Source: a virus
DNA length: 64,000 nucleotides
Strand: one strand, 5' to 3'
Virus record (IMG/VR): IMGVR_UViG_3300020160_000289
Span: 1 to 64,000 of that record
This document shows, piece after piece, positions 1 to 9,782 of this stretch. Position 1 is the first letter of the stretch. Each line of letters begins with the position of its first letter. The translations under genes were made by a program, and so were the position numbers. The notes below the pieces were generated by a model. That model was not told the origin of the DNA. It searched no databases and saw only the letters and a list, made by a program, of their open reading frames with translations.

Positions 1-254
1 TAAATGCCTTGTTCCTGTGCGTGACGGATAATATTACCTGAACAGATATAACTCTTTCCTGCGCCACTTTCTCCAGCAAATACTGTAACTTTGCCAAGGG
101 GGACTCCCTTGTTGAAGTCCCCCGAGATCAAATAGTTAAGAGCATAGTTACCGGTGCTTATCCAGTCTGTAGGATCGTTAAATCCAATACCTAGTCCTTC
201 AATAGACTTGGTGATAGATTTACGAAACTTAGAGATATCAAATGCTTTTCCCAT
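1..254 (-). CDS. uvsX: UvsX/RecA-like recombinase, N-terminal part (runs off window)
   Basis: Manual translation MGKAFDISKFRKSITKSIEGLGIGFNDPTDWISTGNYALNYLISGDFNKGVPLGKVTVFAGESGAGKS contains the RecA-type Walker A motif; follows gp32. Confidence 0.9.
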   Translation of the reverse strand, partial: MGKAFDISKFRKSITKSIEGLGIGFNDPTDWISTGNYALNYLISGDFNKGVPLGKVTVFAGESGAGKSYICSGNIIRHAQEQGI

Positions 255-268
255 TCTGATCTCCTAGA

Positions 269-1264
269 TTAAGCGGTTGCGTTACGTGCTTTGATCTTCG
301 CTAGAATATCTTGTGCTCGTGAACTTGCTTCGCTACCGCCAGTACTTACCGGTGCTGCCTTTGGAGCATCTGGTTCAAAAGGTGGATCTTCATCTTCTGC
401 TACAGGTGTAGCTACAGGTGCTGATACAGGAGTAGCTTTAACTGCTCTTGTGTTATCTGCTGAAGAATTGCCGCCGCCAAAGCCAGCTGGTTTGAAGTAT
501 TGTCCCCAACGTTCCATGTCAAATGCTTCACCGTCTACTGACGCTTCAAACATTTCTTTCATGACCTTGAGTTCTACTTCGCCTGGCTTCTTAGGTAAGA
601 AGTCCTTAAGATTAAAAGAACCATACTGTTTAACAGCACCTTGTTCTTCATCGTTTAGAGCACGTTCACGACGAGCCCATTGTGATGTAGAGTAGTCAGC
701 ATAGCCGCCTTTGCTAGTTTTAACAATACGGAAATCTACGCCACGCAGGCTGTCAGTTGGCATTTCTTCCATATCAGGATCAAGCAAAGCTGCCTTGATA
801 ATGTTGAAGATTTGACTGCCGATGATGAATCTACGGATTGGATTCTCTGGAGTCTTACCATCTTCCTTGTACTGGCTATCAACAACGAAGCCTTGGAATA
901 GATATGACTTTTTCTTCCAGTACTTACGACCCATGTCTTCCAAAGACTTGTCTTTGAACCATGGACGAACTTCTGTTAAGATTGGGCAAGTTTCTCCCCA
1001 CATTTCCATACAAGGAACTTGCACAGTTACGGGCTTGGAATTTGCTTCACCTTTAACGCCGGCGAAGGGCAATTTGATCATTGCTCGTTCAATCCAGAAG
1101 AAAGTGTTGTTTGGATCTGCGTCAGGTAAGAAACGAACCGTTGCGGTTTGTCCTTCTGCGATATTCCAATGGGGGTAAATTGCGTTGTCTCCGCCGGACG
1201 AGCCGCCGCCGTTTTGTTGAGATGCTTGTTGAAGTTTTGCTCGAATTTCTGCTAACGTTGCCAT
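269..1264 (-). CDS. gp32: T4 gp32-like single-stranded DNA-binding protein
   Basis: ATVRFLP motif, C-x7-CP Zn ligands, KYWKKKSY, GYADYSTSQW, low-complexity/acidic tail; next to uvsX. Confidence 0.9.
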   Translation of the reverse strand: MATLAEIRAKLQQASQQNGGGSSGGDNAIYPHWNIAEGQTATVRFLPDADPNNTFFWIERAMIKLPFAGVKGEANSKPVTVQVPCMEMWGETCPILTEVRPWFKDKSLEDMGRKYWKKKSYLFQGFVVDSQYKEDGKTPENPIRRFIIGSQIFNIIKAALLDPDMEEMPTDSLRGVDFRIVKTSKGGYADYSTSQWARRERALNDEEQGAVKQYGSFNLKDFLPKKPGEVELKVMKEMFEASVDGEAFDMERWGQYFKPAGFGGGNSSADNTRAVKATPVSAPVATPVAEDEDPPFEPDAPKAAPVSTGGSEASSRAQDILAKIKARNATA

Positions 1265-1317
1265 AATGATTTCCTTATAAATGTTTTATTATGCCTCTTC
1301 TTTAAAGCCCACTGACT

Positions 1318-1358
1318 AAAAAGAAAAACTGTGCATAGCGTTAACTATACACAGTTTT
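1318..1358 (-). terminator. Hairpin plus U-tract upstream of gp32
   Basis: Minus strand AAAACTGTGTATAG-TTAACG-CTATGCACAGTTTT followed by TCTTTTT. Confidence 0.6.
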
Positions 1359-1396
1359 ATTTATCAACGCAACCTCAACGGCTGCTATTTTTGATT

Positions 1397-3322
1397 TTAT
1401 TTCACCAAACCAGCAAGACGTCTAATGTCTTCGTATTGTTGTTGTGCGGCCATCATGCCTTCGCGGGCTTGACCTTGTTGGCTTAAATGAGCTACTAATC
1501 TTTCGGCTAATGCGCCGCCTTGATCGCCAAACATTTTCCTACAATGCGTAACCACTCCAGTTTCGCCTTTTGGAAACTTACCTGTTTCACGGTCGTAAAA
1601 TGATTTTACCACTTCAGCAATTTCTTTAGTGTTTGGTCTTTCTTGTTCTGGTTCAGCATTGGACATTGTTTCTTCGCCCATGTGCTGTAGTTCACTCATT
1701 GTATCGGATAGGAAGTCTTCATCATAGCTGATTAAATGTTTTGCCTGCTTTGGGCTCATTCCTAGTTCTTTAATTAGGACCATACCAATGGCGCTGATTA
1801 GATCTTTTTCTTTAGAAGGATCATATTCGATTCCCTTATCATGTAGAACTTTAGCAACTTGGAATGATGTACGATCTTCTGGAGATTCTGCCATTGGCTC
1901 TTCAACCGGAGCCATTGCCGGGTCTTCAACCGGAGCAGGTGCCGGAGCAGGTGCTGGGGGTTGTCCGCCGAATAACTCGTTTGCCGCCTCTGGATCTTCT
2001 TTTTGTAACCATGCTACGATAGTAGGTGTTGGATCTGACTCTGGGTTCAATTCTGCGGCTGCTTCTAATGCTGTTTCCAATGAATCGTTATGTACGCCAA
2101 TACCTTGTAATGCTTCAATAGCACTAACGGCGTCAGCACCCAAAGTTAATCCGCTGTCTAACAAATCTTTTAATGCCATAATTGTATCTGGCTCTAATGT
2201 GCCTTCAGATACAGAGTGCGCCCAAGATTCAAATTGACTGAAGTCGTCTGTTGTTTCGTTAACTTCTTCGCTATGAACAGGACACGTATCTTCATCTTTT
2301 TCGCAAGTACATTCTTCAGAACCTTCGTCTACATATTGTTCTAAATCAACAGTTCCTGCTTCTTGCATGATGCTATGTATTAATGGAAAATATTGTGCTA
2401 AATCTTCTTTAAAGTTTCTCACAGTAAACTTTGATTTATAATCTTCCATAGTAGCTTGATCCATTACAAATCCATCGTCTTGTTGAGGAGCATGGTTTTC
2501 ACAGTATGCTTCGTAAAACTTTTGTCCTGACATACACTCAACTGTCTTGCGTAATTGATTTAATTTACCTTGACTGCGTTCGATGATTTCATTTACTTCT
2601 TGGTTCATCTGATCGTGTTGACCAACATGACGCTTAAATGCTGTAAGTTGAGCAATTTGCTCGCTCATCCCAATAATAGAATTGCCAACATCATCATATG
2701 GACGACCGCCGTTGGCCACGTGACGTTGCATTGCTTTAGCGCCTGCTAGATGAATGAACGGATATTTGAAACGCTCGCCTTCTGAGTTTTCAATAAAAAT
2801 TGCGCTGATATTTCTGCTACGAGAACCTTTTTGGTTTTCGTCAACTACCTTGCTATGACGAACACGTAGAAGTGTATTTTCTAATTTGCGAAGACTTGTC
2901 TTTGGGCCTCCGTACATTGCAGACTCATTCATGTTATTTTCCTTAGTTCCGTTTTGGGCCAGATATTGATAATCATTTTTGTTTAGATTGCCCTTTGTAA
3001 TATCTCTTGTATCAAATCTCAGCAGTCTACGTTTAGCAAAGTATCGCATTTCTTTTAAGAAATCGTACCACATATCTAACGTAATACTATCAACTCCTTC
3101 AGTTATACCTTGGCTATAAAAAACTTTCAGGCTTCCTAATTCACCTAGCGAGATGCTAACGCGACCCAAGGTATTGCCTTCTACAGCAAAGTCGAAGTCA
3201 AAAAATCGTGCGTCTTTTGAGTTATTTGTAATAGACCCTGATTCATCGCCCATTTCTACATTTTCGAATCGGCCGCGAATTTTGTCAAAGACGTCTTGTG
3301 CTATAATTTCGATGATATTCAT
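1397..3322 (-). CDS. Conserved-looking hypothetical protein, acidic, probably head-associated
   Basis: Long ORF; likely start MNIIEIIAQD at 3322, just after a TAAATA promoter (the ORF-track start at 3373 overlaps terminase); C-terminal DIRRLAGLVK. Confidence 0.7.
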   Translation of the reverse strand: MNIIEIIAQDVFDKIRGRFENVEMGDESGSITNNSKDARFFDFDFAVEGNTLGRVSISLGELGSLKVFYSQGITEGVDSITLDMWYDFLKEMRYFAKRRLLRFDTRDITKGNLNKNDYQYLAQNGTKENNMNESAMYGGPKTSLRKLENTLLRVRHSKVVDENQKGSRSRNISAIFIENSEGERFKYPFIHLAGAKAMQRHVANGGRPYDDVGNSIIGMSEQIAQLTAFKRHVGQHDQMNQEVNEIIERSQGKLNQLRKTVECMSGQKFYEAYCENHAPQQDDGFVMDQATMEDYKSKFTVRNFKEDLAQYFPLIHSIMQEAGTVDLEQYVDEGSEECTCEKDEDTCPVHSEEVNETTDDFSQFESWAHSVSEGTLEPDTIMALKDLLDSGLTLGADAVSAIEALQGIGVHNDSLETALEAAAELNPESDPTPTIVAWLQKEDPEAANELFGGQPPAPAPAPAPVEDPAMAPVEEPMAESPEDRTSFQVAKVLHDKGIEYDPSKEKDLISAIGMVLIKELGMSPKQAKHLISYDEDFLSDTMSELQHMGEETMSNAEPEQERPNTKEIAEVVKSFYDRETGKFPKGETGVVTHCRKMFGDQGGALAERLVAHLSQQGQAREGMMAAQQQYEDIRRLAGLVK

Positions 3323-3332
3323 ATTAGCGTAT

Positions 3333-4922
3333 TTATGTAAAACTATTGATAAAGATTGGCATAGGCAAATCAAGGTCTTCTAATGCCCTATCTTGTACCA
3401 TTCTGTCGTAGATTACAGGATCCCAATCACCTAGCATACTAACCATGCGTACTGCTAATAGCATACTTGATACAAGATCGTCCGTTTCGTTAACTTTTGC
3501 TTCAAAACTGATGCCTTTTGCGATATAAGTTTTGAGTTCGCTTATCAGAGCATTGCTGTGTATTTTTAATCGCTTTTGTTCAATTAGCTGTTTAAGTTTA
3601 GCACAGGCTGCGATTTTACTGATGTTAGTAGTGTTGAACCCCCTGCGGAATCGGCGCACGTGGCCTTTCTTAATAGGCTCACTTAGAAATAGTCCAGGGA
3701 TGCTTTCTTCACCCATTTCGTTAATTGCTACAAGGGCGGCTTCTCCTAGGGTGTTGTTTTCTACACTGTAATAAATCTGTCCTTTTAAGTCAGCACTAGA
3801 GCATTCTGCATCGAGAAACTTACATATATCTCTCATGATTCTAACTTGACTTTGTACAGGGGTAGTGTTATGACTCCACTCTCCTATCTGTTGAAAACTT
3901 GGAACTTCTAATACCTGTATAGCTGCCGGATCACCGCCCGTACCTAAACTAGGGTCTAGTGCTACTACGTAAATGCTGTTAGGATCGATCTTTTTATACC
4001 ATCGCACCTGTCCCATTTTCATCAAGGGTTCTATACCCTCCATTCCGGACAACACGATAGAGTCAATTAATGTTTCATCAAAGATCAAGAATTCGCATTC
4101 GTGTTCACGACGGAACCGTTCTTCGCCAATACGTGATTTTTCAGTATCGGCCCAGGCTTGGTCTCTATCAGGGTGTTCACTCCAATGTGCCCTGAACGGA
4201 AAGAATCCGTTCTTTCCTATCTCTTGTTCGTTGCCGTATTCGTCAAACTTTTTATTTGCTTCTTTCCAAATTGTAGCAAACTGATCCTCGTCACTGTTTG
4301 GCGTACTGGTGATAATTGCTTTACCACCAGTTGCTAGTGTAGGGCTGATAGAAGTCCAGAATTCTACAGCAATGTTTGGTTCAACGAACGCAAACTCGTC
4401 AGCATATAGTAGTGATAATGACATACCACGACCAGTTGTTGGAGTAGTTGTCTGCGCTACAATACGTGATCCATTGTCGAATTCAATACTTTGTTTGTTA
4501 TAACTTTTAACACCGCATCGAATATGGTCAGGACACAATTCATATGCGTAGCGTATACGACTCATAATTTCCTGAGCACCTGTGTACTTGTGCGCCGCTA
4601 CAAGAATAGTGCTATCAGGTATAAACATGGCAAACCACAAGAGATAACCTGCAGCAGTTGTTGTTTTACCTGTTTGTCGCGGAAGCAAATTAACATTAAA
4701 TCTGTGATCGTGATAAGAATCAATTAGCCTACGTTGATAATCAAACGCAACATACTTCATCTTTCCTTTAACAGGATGTTGGATATAAAAAAAGTTATCT
4801 AAGAAATAGTGAGGACCAACTGCTTGATCTTGACATTTCATCAAATCCTCAATATCTTGCTCACTCCACTTTTGTGTAGTATGAGGTTTCTTAATTAAGG
4901 TATCGAATTTATTAACGGCCAT
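3333..4922 (-). CDS. gp17: Terminase large subunit (gp17)
   Basis: PRQTGKTT Walker A, LLYADEFAF Walker B, ITSTPN motif III, RNase H-like ALDPSLG and DDLV nuclease motifs. Confidence 0.95.
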   Translation of the reverse strand: MAVNKFDTLIKKPHTTQKWSEQDIEDLMKCQDQAVGPHYFLDNFFYIQHPVKGKMKYVAFDYQRRLIDSYHDHRFNVNLLPRQTGKTTTAAGYLLWFAMFIPDSTILVAAHKYTGAQEIMSRIRYAYELCPDHIRCGVKSYNKQSIEFDNGSRIVAQTTTPTTGRGMSLSLLYADEFAFVEPNIAVEFWTSISPTLATGGKAIITSTPNSDEDQFATIWKEANKKFDEYGNEQEIGKNGFFPFRAHWSEHPDRDQAWADTEKSRIGEERFRREHECEFLIFDETLIDSIVLSGMEGIEPLMKMGQVRWYKKIDPNSIYVVALDPSLGTGGDPAAIQVLEVPSFQQIGEWSHNTTPVQSQVRIMRDICKFLDAECSSADLKGQIYYSVENNTLGEAALVAINEMGEESIPGLFLSEPIKKGHVRRFRRGFNTTNISKIAACAKLKQLIEQKRLKIHSNALISELKTYIAKGISFEAKVNETDDLVSSMLLAVRMVSMLGDWDPVIYDRMVQDRALEDLDLPMPIFINSFT

Positions 4923-4936
4923 ATTATTATTTAATG

Positions 4937-4964
4937 AAAAAAATAGCCTCCTAAGAGGCTATTT
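4937..4964 (-). terminator. Intrinsic terminator
   Basis: AAATAGCCTC-TTAG-GAGGCTATTT plus T run on the minus strand. Confidence 0.75.
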
Positions 4965-4981
4965 GGTTATACCATTTTAAA

Positions 4982-6211
4982 TTAACGCTTAATACCAGCG
5001 GCATTTAATGCGGCTGCTCTATCGGCGTAACCTTTAACACCTGGCTTAATATCTTTAGATGCTTTACCAATGGCAGCTTTTACCTTAGGAGAAGCGTCAC
5101 TAGCATTAACGTGTTTCATGGTAACATTAGCTTGATGACTTGCCTCATCATACTTATTGTATTTGTCTCTAACTTTATCTAAGTCTTTACCTTCGCGACC
5201 TGCTTTAGCCAGAGCCTGCATACCTGCCTTGCCATACTTTTCATGACCTTTGGCCGCACGACTCATAGTTCTTTGTTCGCTGTCTTCTTCAACAAACTTT
5301 TTGTACTCGTTCATTAATTTAGATTCAAAAGCGGCTAACGGGTCAACTGTTTCTTCTTTCTTGTTATCTGGCATTGGATTAGAGCCGCTGTTAGCAGGAG
5401 TTGTAGTCATGTCTGCTGAACGAACTTTATTAATAATATTGGCAAAATCGTTGCCATCACCGTAACCTTTTGTTTCTGGTTTTGGAGCATTATCATAGCT
5501 CTCGTCTTTTTCTTCTTCATCGCTAGCAGAAGGACCGTCGCCACCGATTTTGTTTAGCTTGTCAGTTGTGCCTTTGATGGGCTCGTCGCTTGTAACTTTA
5601 ACAGGCATGTCTGTAGTAATTTTAACAGGCTCTCCTGTTCTAATTTTCTTCATCATGTCAGCAAGCTCATCAGAACCGCTGTCGTCTACTGCTCCGTCAT
5701 CGTCGCCAAAAGTTGGACCGCTAACTGCTGGACCACCTGTTAACACATCGTCACGCTCCATGTCGTGTTCCATACCATGATCGGCCATGTCGTGATCACC
5801 GTCCCGATCTAGGTCGCCCATCATCTTAGGCATTGGTGCGCCCATTGTTGGCATCATAGATTGACTAGGAACATCACCTTTAGCTAGATCCATAATGCCG
5901 CGCATCATGGCAACAATTTCACCTGCGTTACCAGCACTCATGTTTAAGCTAGCTGGTAGTGACGGCATTGGTGCGCCCATAGGCATCATTCCGCACTCTG
6001 CGATTGTGGATTCTGTTAATTTTGTTTTAAAACCAGACAGCGCTCTTAGATCTCCGAGATTAGGTTCTGGTAATTTTGGAAGATTAATATCCTTCTTACC
6101 TTCAGTAATCATTTCATCAACGTGTGCTGTTTCGGCAACCATTGGATTAACTACATTTGGATTGCCCTTGTCTAAGTCGGCTAATCTTTTCATTACATCT
6201 ATCATTTGCAT
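4982..6211 (-). CDS. Hypothetical low-complexity protein, possible head internal/core protein
   Basis: 409-aa ORF, Met/Pro/Asp-rich, several I/L-x-E sites, DLDRDGD motif. Confidence 0.6.
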   Translation of the reverse strand: MQMIDVMKRLADLDKGNPNVVNPMVAETAHVDEMITEGKKDINLPKLPEPNLGDLRALSGFKTKLTESTIAECGMMPMGAPMPSLPASLNMSAGNAGEIVAMMRGIMDLAKGDVPSQSMMPTMGAPMPKMMGDLDRDGDHDMADHGMEHDMERDDVLTGGPAVSGPTFGDDDGAVDDSGSDELADMMKKIRTGEPVKITTDMPVKVTSDEPIKGTTDKLNKIGGDGPSASDEEEKDESYDNAPKPETKGYGDGNDFANIINKVRSADMTTTPANSGSNPMPDNKKEETVDPLAAFESKLMNEYKKFVEEDSEQRTMSRAAKGHEKYGKAGMQALAKAGREGKDLDKVRDKYNKYDEASHQANVTMKHVNASDASPKVKAAIGKASKDIKPGVKGYADRAAALNAAGIKR

Positions 6212-6213
6212 AA

Positions 6214-6792
6214 TTATTTTCCTTTGCCGCTGATCGGGCTATGTGAGCTAGCTTCTGTGTCGGTACTGTATTTTGCGGCACCTTCTGACGCAACTACTTC
6301 GCCCCTAGCCTTACGTCTTTCAGCCGCATCGGACTGAAGAGATTTTAAAAACGTTGTGTTATATTTTGCGCCATAATAGTCTGTTGAATCTATTTTTGGT
6401 TGTTCAGAATAGTTAGGATCATTTAATAATGCTCCTGTGCGCTTTTCTGTTGGTGTTTGATATTCTTCAAGTGGTTCGCCTGGTTTGCGTACCACAATAT
6501 TTTCATTAGTGATTCTTAAACCGCTAGAGAGATACTCTGTTAATTCAAACTGTGTTGTTGGATATTCTAATGTTACTTCGTATATAGTAACTTCTATATT
6601 TTTTAATTTTGGAAAATCTAAAGGCAAGTCTTGTATTGGCGTTTTGCCTATTTTCTTGAAACCAGCTACGCTGAAACGTTCTAATAACCCCTTTAGCTTT
6701 GCTTCATGTTCAGTGGTGCACTCACCCGCAATTTTAATGCGAAAGTCGTACGTTTTTTTAGATTCTGTTAAATGTTCTTTAAATGATCTCAT
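6214..6792 (-). CDS. Hypothetical protein (MRSFKEHLTES start typical of T4-like head-associated proteins)
   Basis: 192-aa ORF preceded by TAAATA at 6810-6815. Confidence 0.65.
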   Translation of the reverse strand: MRSFKEHLTESKKTYDFRIKIAGECTTEHEAKLKGLLERFSVAGFKKIGKTPIQDLPLDFPKLKNIEVTIYEVTLEYPTTQFELTEYLSSGLRITNENIVVRKPGEPLEEYQTPTEKRTGALLNDPNYSEQPKIDSTDYYGAKYNTTFLKSLQSDAAERRKARGEVVASEGAAKYSTDTEASSHSPISGKGK

Positions 6793-6808
6793 CGCGGTTT
6801 CCTATGCT

Positions 6809-7291
6809 TTATTTATTCATATTTTTAAGTTTTTCCAGGAGACTGTTACGATCTGTAATCAAATAACCTTCTGCCTGTATTGCCCCTTGCTCTTGATCGC
6901 CGTTCTTTTTATCTACAGCATATTTTTTAAGCTGTAGTTCTACCATTTTTAGCTTTTTATCAATCTTGTTAGATTTAGCTGTAATAGCGGCCTGTAGCAT
7001 AGTTCCTGCTACTTCAAACATTCGGGCGCCGTATCTTGCTTCTACATTCATGCCCAAATCCATTAGGTCGTCGTAGGCTTTTTCTGCTTTATTTGCTAGA
7101 GCATCTAGTTCAGCATCACTAATATCGCCTAGCCCTTTAACACGGGGAAGAGCTGATGAAATTTTGTCAAATTCTTCTAATTTTTCTTGTAATGATATTA
7201 CAGGAACATCGTGCGCTTCATTAGGAGACTCTACGGGCTCTGTAGTTTCTTCCGGGGGCAAATTAAAAAGTTCTTCAAGTTTCTTTGTCAT
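6809..7291 (-). CDS. Hypothetical coiled-coil protein, possible terminase small subunit
   Basis: 160-aa helical ORF upstream of the terminase cluster; function inferred from size and position only. Confidence 0.45.
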   Translation of the reverse strand: MTKKLEELFNLPPEETTEPVESPNEAHDVPVISLQEKLEEFDKISSALPRVKGLGDISDAELDALANKAEKAYDDLMDLGMNVEARYGARMFEVAGTMLQAAITAKSNKIDKKLKMVELQLKKYAVDKKNGDQEQGAIQAEGYLITDRNSLLEKLKNMNK

Positions 7292-7299
7292 AATATTAC

Positions 7300-7740
7300 T
7301 TATCGCTTTTTACTGCCATTATGGAAAATATCACGCTCGCTAATAACTCTAAACTGTATTCCGTATTTTTTACACCAAGCTGTGGCAGCTTCCCATTTGG
7401 CTAAATTGCGTATATACTGTGCTTGATTTAATTTGTTTTTTCCCACAGCTTCTAATGTAGCTTGATTATTAGGTTTTATTTCTATCAGTTCTGCGTGTTT
7501 TTTTTGATTTCGATCCAAATATACAATTAAAAAATCTGGGACATAGACAGTATTTTTACCAGTTAACGGATCTCTATAGGGTATTTTTACACTTTCGCTA
7601 GCCCAATGTTCCACAGCAGGATTGTTATCACAAAACATCATAAAGGTAAGTTCCCAACTTGATCTATAAGTAGGGTCTCCCATACCTTGATATTTTTCTG
7701 GGTTCTTAGGTACAAATTTTCCTCTAGCAGTATTTCTCAT
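7300..7740 (-). CDS. gp4: Head completion nuclease (gp4, TnsA-like PD-(D/E)xK fold)
   Basis: GKFVPKNPEKY, YRSSWE, WASE, YVPDF, IEIKP, AKWEAA motifs. Confidence 0.9.
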   Translation of the reverse strand: MRNTARGKFVPKNPEKYQGMGDPTYRSSWELTFMMFCDNNPAVEHWASESVKIPYRDPLTGKNTVYVPDFLIVYLDRNQKKHAELIEIKPNNQATLEAVGKNKLNQAQYIRNLAKWEAATAWCKKYGIQFRVISERDIFHNGSKKR

Positions 7741-8111
7741 TATGCTAGTATGTTGCGTTTTACAGAATCAACCGGTGTTATACTTTGAATAGATCCTAAC
7801 ACACTGGTTTTAAATCTATTGTAATTTAATACCTCAGCGATAATTTGGCTTAGATCGTTCTCACCGAGGTTTTTCATGCTATCTAAAATAGTCAATGGAT
7901 TGTAATTATCTCGCTTTGCCTGGATCATGATCGTTATAGAAATTGACTCGGCAGCGTCTTCACTAAATCCTCTGTTTTCTAACATACCTTTCATCGCAGT
8001 TAGAACAGTTTGATCTAGCTCAACTGGAATGTCGTTGTATTGAGTAAATGTCTTGTTAGTAGCATCACTAGATGATACTGCTTGTTTTTTTATAGGTAGA
8101 TTAGTAAGCAT
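7740..8111 (-). CDS. Hypothetical protein
   Basis: 123-aa ORF translationally coupled to gp4. Confidence 0.65.
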   Translation of the reverse strand: MLTNLPIKKQAVSSSDATNKTFTQYNDIPVELDQTVLTAMKGMLENRGFSEDAAESISITIMIQAKRDNYNPLTILDSMKNLGENDLSQIIAEVLNYNRFKTSVLGSIQSITPVDSVKRNILA

Positions 8112-8113
8112 GA

Positions 8114-9724
8114 TTAATAATATTGTTGTGTAACAACTGTGTTATCTGTATAAGTTACGTTTGTTTGTCTTACTAGATCGGGATTTCCGGCAACATTATA
8201 AACATCTTCGCTACTAACACCAAGAGTAGTAGTATCAACGTTTAACGTTGAATTTGGAATTTCGATTGCTACGGCTTCAGCGATCATAGTATCTAATGCG
8301 ACAATATTTTGATTTACAGAATTAAGCTGTTCTGTTAATTTATTAGGATCGGTATAACCAGACGCATCAAGTTGATTATATATTGAATCTAACATTGCTG
8401 TATCGTTAGTCGCTTGGGCAACTGCGAGAGACTCAGCTACTCGATCTTGTATAGCTTGATTTGCTGCAATTTGTGCTGTTAGTGTGTCTGCTATCGCTGA
8501 CTGTTCTACTTGTACTGCTAACAGTCCGGCACTTGTTGAAGGCAACGATGCTGGTAATAATCCTTTTAGGGTATTTCCAATTTTTGAAATACCTGCTGAA
8601 AACCCTGCTGCCACATTTCCCAACGTTGCTCCGAGATTAAATCCTCCACCGCCGGCACCTTGTGATCTAGGTACTGCTGTTGTAGGCTGTTCTCCGGGTA
8701 GTGTTGCTAGACTTAAACCGGATGGGCTTGTTCCTGATAGCGCATCTGGGAGTTTACCTGTCCTTGCTACTTTATCTAATAAACCAAATCCTTCTGACAG
8801 TACACTTGCCCTAGTTATGTTTTTTACATTATTAACTAGACTAGTAGCACCTCTGGCTGTTCTAACTAGGCCAAATATACTTGTATCTCCGCTACTGCCG
8901 AATACTTCACCTAGCCCCGGGATAACACCGCCAGCGCCTAAAATACTATTGTTGCCGCCGCCGAAAATACTCAAGGGGCCTTGCTCATTATCGTAATGAA
9001 GGGTGGCAAAACCATTTGGCTCTCCCTTTTTAACTTTCCCGGTACCGTATAACACAGTTTCATATGCTACTGTCATTTTATTTTCTAGTAGTTTGCTTTG
9101 TGATTGATCCATTTGATCATGACTCCAGTCAGTGATGATTGGATTAACTAACACAAATCCTGTAAACTGTTGTCTGTTTAATTGATATATTTCTATGCTG
9201 TTAAAAAACGGGTCCGTTTGATTATTATTAAGACCATACGTAGTACTCTCGTTAACGCTAGTACCTAGTGTTTTATATTTTGTATCAGTGAAACTTTTAG
9301 GAACGCTTAAACCATTTGTATTTTTACCGTCGGCAAAATAGTAATTGTAATAGGCTTTCCAGAGCCCGGTTGTGGTATTATTGTGATCATCATGGAACGA
9401 AATATTAACTGGCTGATAATCAATTTTACTTTGTACAATAGTCTTCTTATTATACTGATTCATAGTTTCAGTTGACATTTTAAACTTTGGAAGATCTGAT
9501 GCTTTTACTAGGACACCTAGTTCTCTACCGTTCCTGTCCATGTATTCTTGGATGATAGGATTGTTGTTCCTGTTAATATTAAAAACAACATAGTAAAGGA
9601 AGCCAGCCTTTGGCGCTAGTCTAAAATAATCATCAACATATAACCTTGCGGCATGTCGATAATCTTTAACCTGCGTATTAGAGCTGAGTGTTTGCCCTAA
9701 AAAGTTTGTAAATGCGTTTGACAT
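8114..9724 (-). CDS. Tail-tube-like (gp19/gp54 family) baseplate/tube initiator with long C-terminal extension
   Basis: N-terminal region resembles tube proteins (LPKFK..ETMNQYN, YQPVNISFHDD, MTVAYE); likely start MSNAF at 9724. Confidence 0.55.
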   Translation of the reverse strand: MSNAFTNFLGQTLSSNTQVKDYRHAARLYVDDYFRLAPKAGFLYYVVFNINRNNNPIIQEYMDRNGRELGVLVKASDLPKFKMSTETMNQYNKKTIVQSKIDYQPVNISFHDDHNNTTTGLWKAYYNYYFADGKNTNGLSVPKSFTDTKYKTLGTSVNESTTYGLNNNQTDPFFNSIEIYQLNRQQFTGFVLVNPIITDWSHDQMDQSQSKLLENKMTVAYETVLYGTGKVKKGEPNGFATLHYDNEQGPLSIFGGGNNSILGAGGVIPGLGEVFGSSGDTSIFGLVRTARGATSLVNNVKNITRASVLSEGFGLLDKVARTGKLPDALSGTSPSGLSLATLPGEQPTTAVPRSQGAGGGGFNLGATLGNVAAGFSAGISKIGNTLKGLLPASLPSTSAGLLAVQVEQSAIADTLTAQIAANQAIQDRVAESLAVAQATNDTAMLDSIYNQLDASGYTDPNKLTEQLNSVNQNIVALDTMIAEAVAIEIPNSTLNVDTTTLGVSSEDVYNVAGNPDLVRQTNVTYTDNTVVTQQYY

Positions 9725-9740
9725 AGTAATATTTAGTCGT

Positions 9741-9769
9741 AAAAAAAGACCCATAAAAGGGTCTTTTTT
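9741..9769 (-). terminator. Intrinsic (bidirectional) terminator after tail tube
   Basis: AAAAAAGACCC-ATAAAA-GGGTCTTTTTT. Confidence 0.75.
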
Positions 9770-9782
9770 CTAGCTTCTGTTA

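Noticed and set aside
3333-4922. Intein or intron in terminase (also checked portal and capsid)
   Set aside because: Lengths are normal and conserved motifs are contiguous
7300-7740. TnsA transposase of a Tn7-like element
   Set aside because: Same fold as T4 gp4 and in virion gene context; no tnsB/tnsC or terminal repeats
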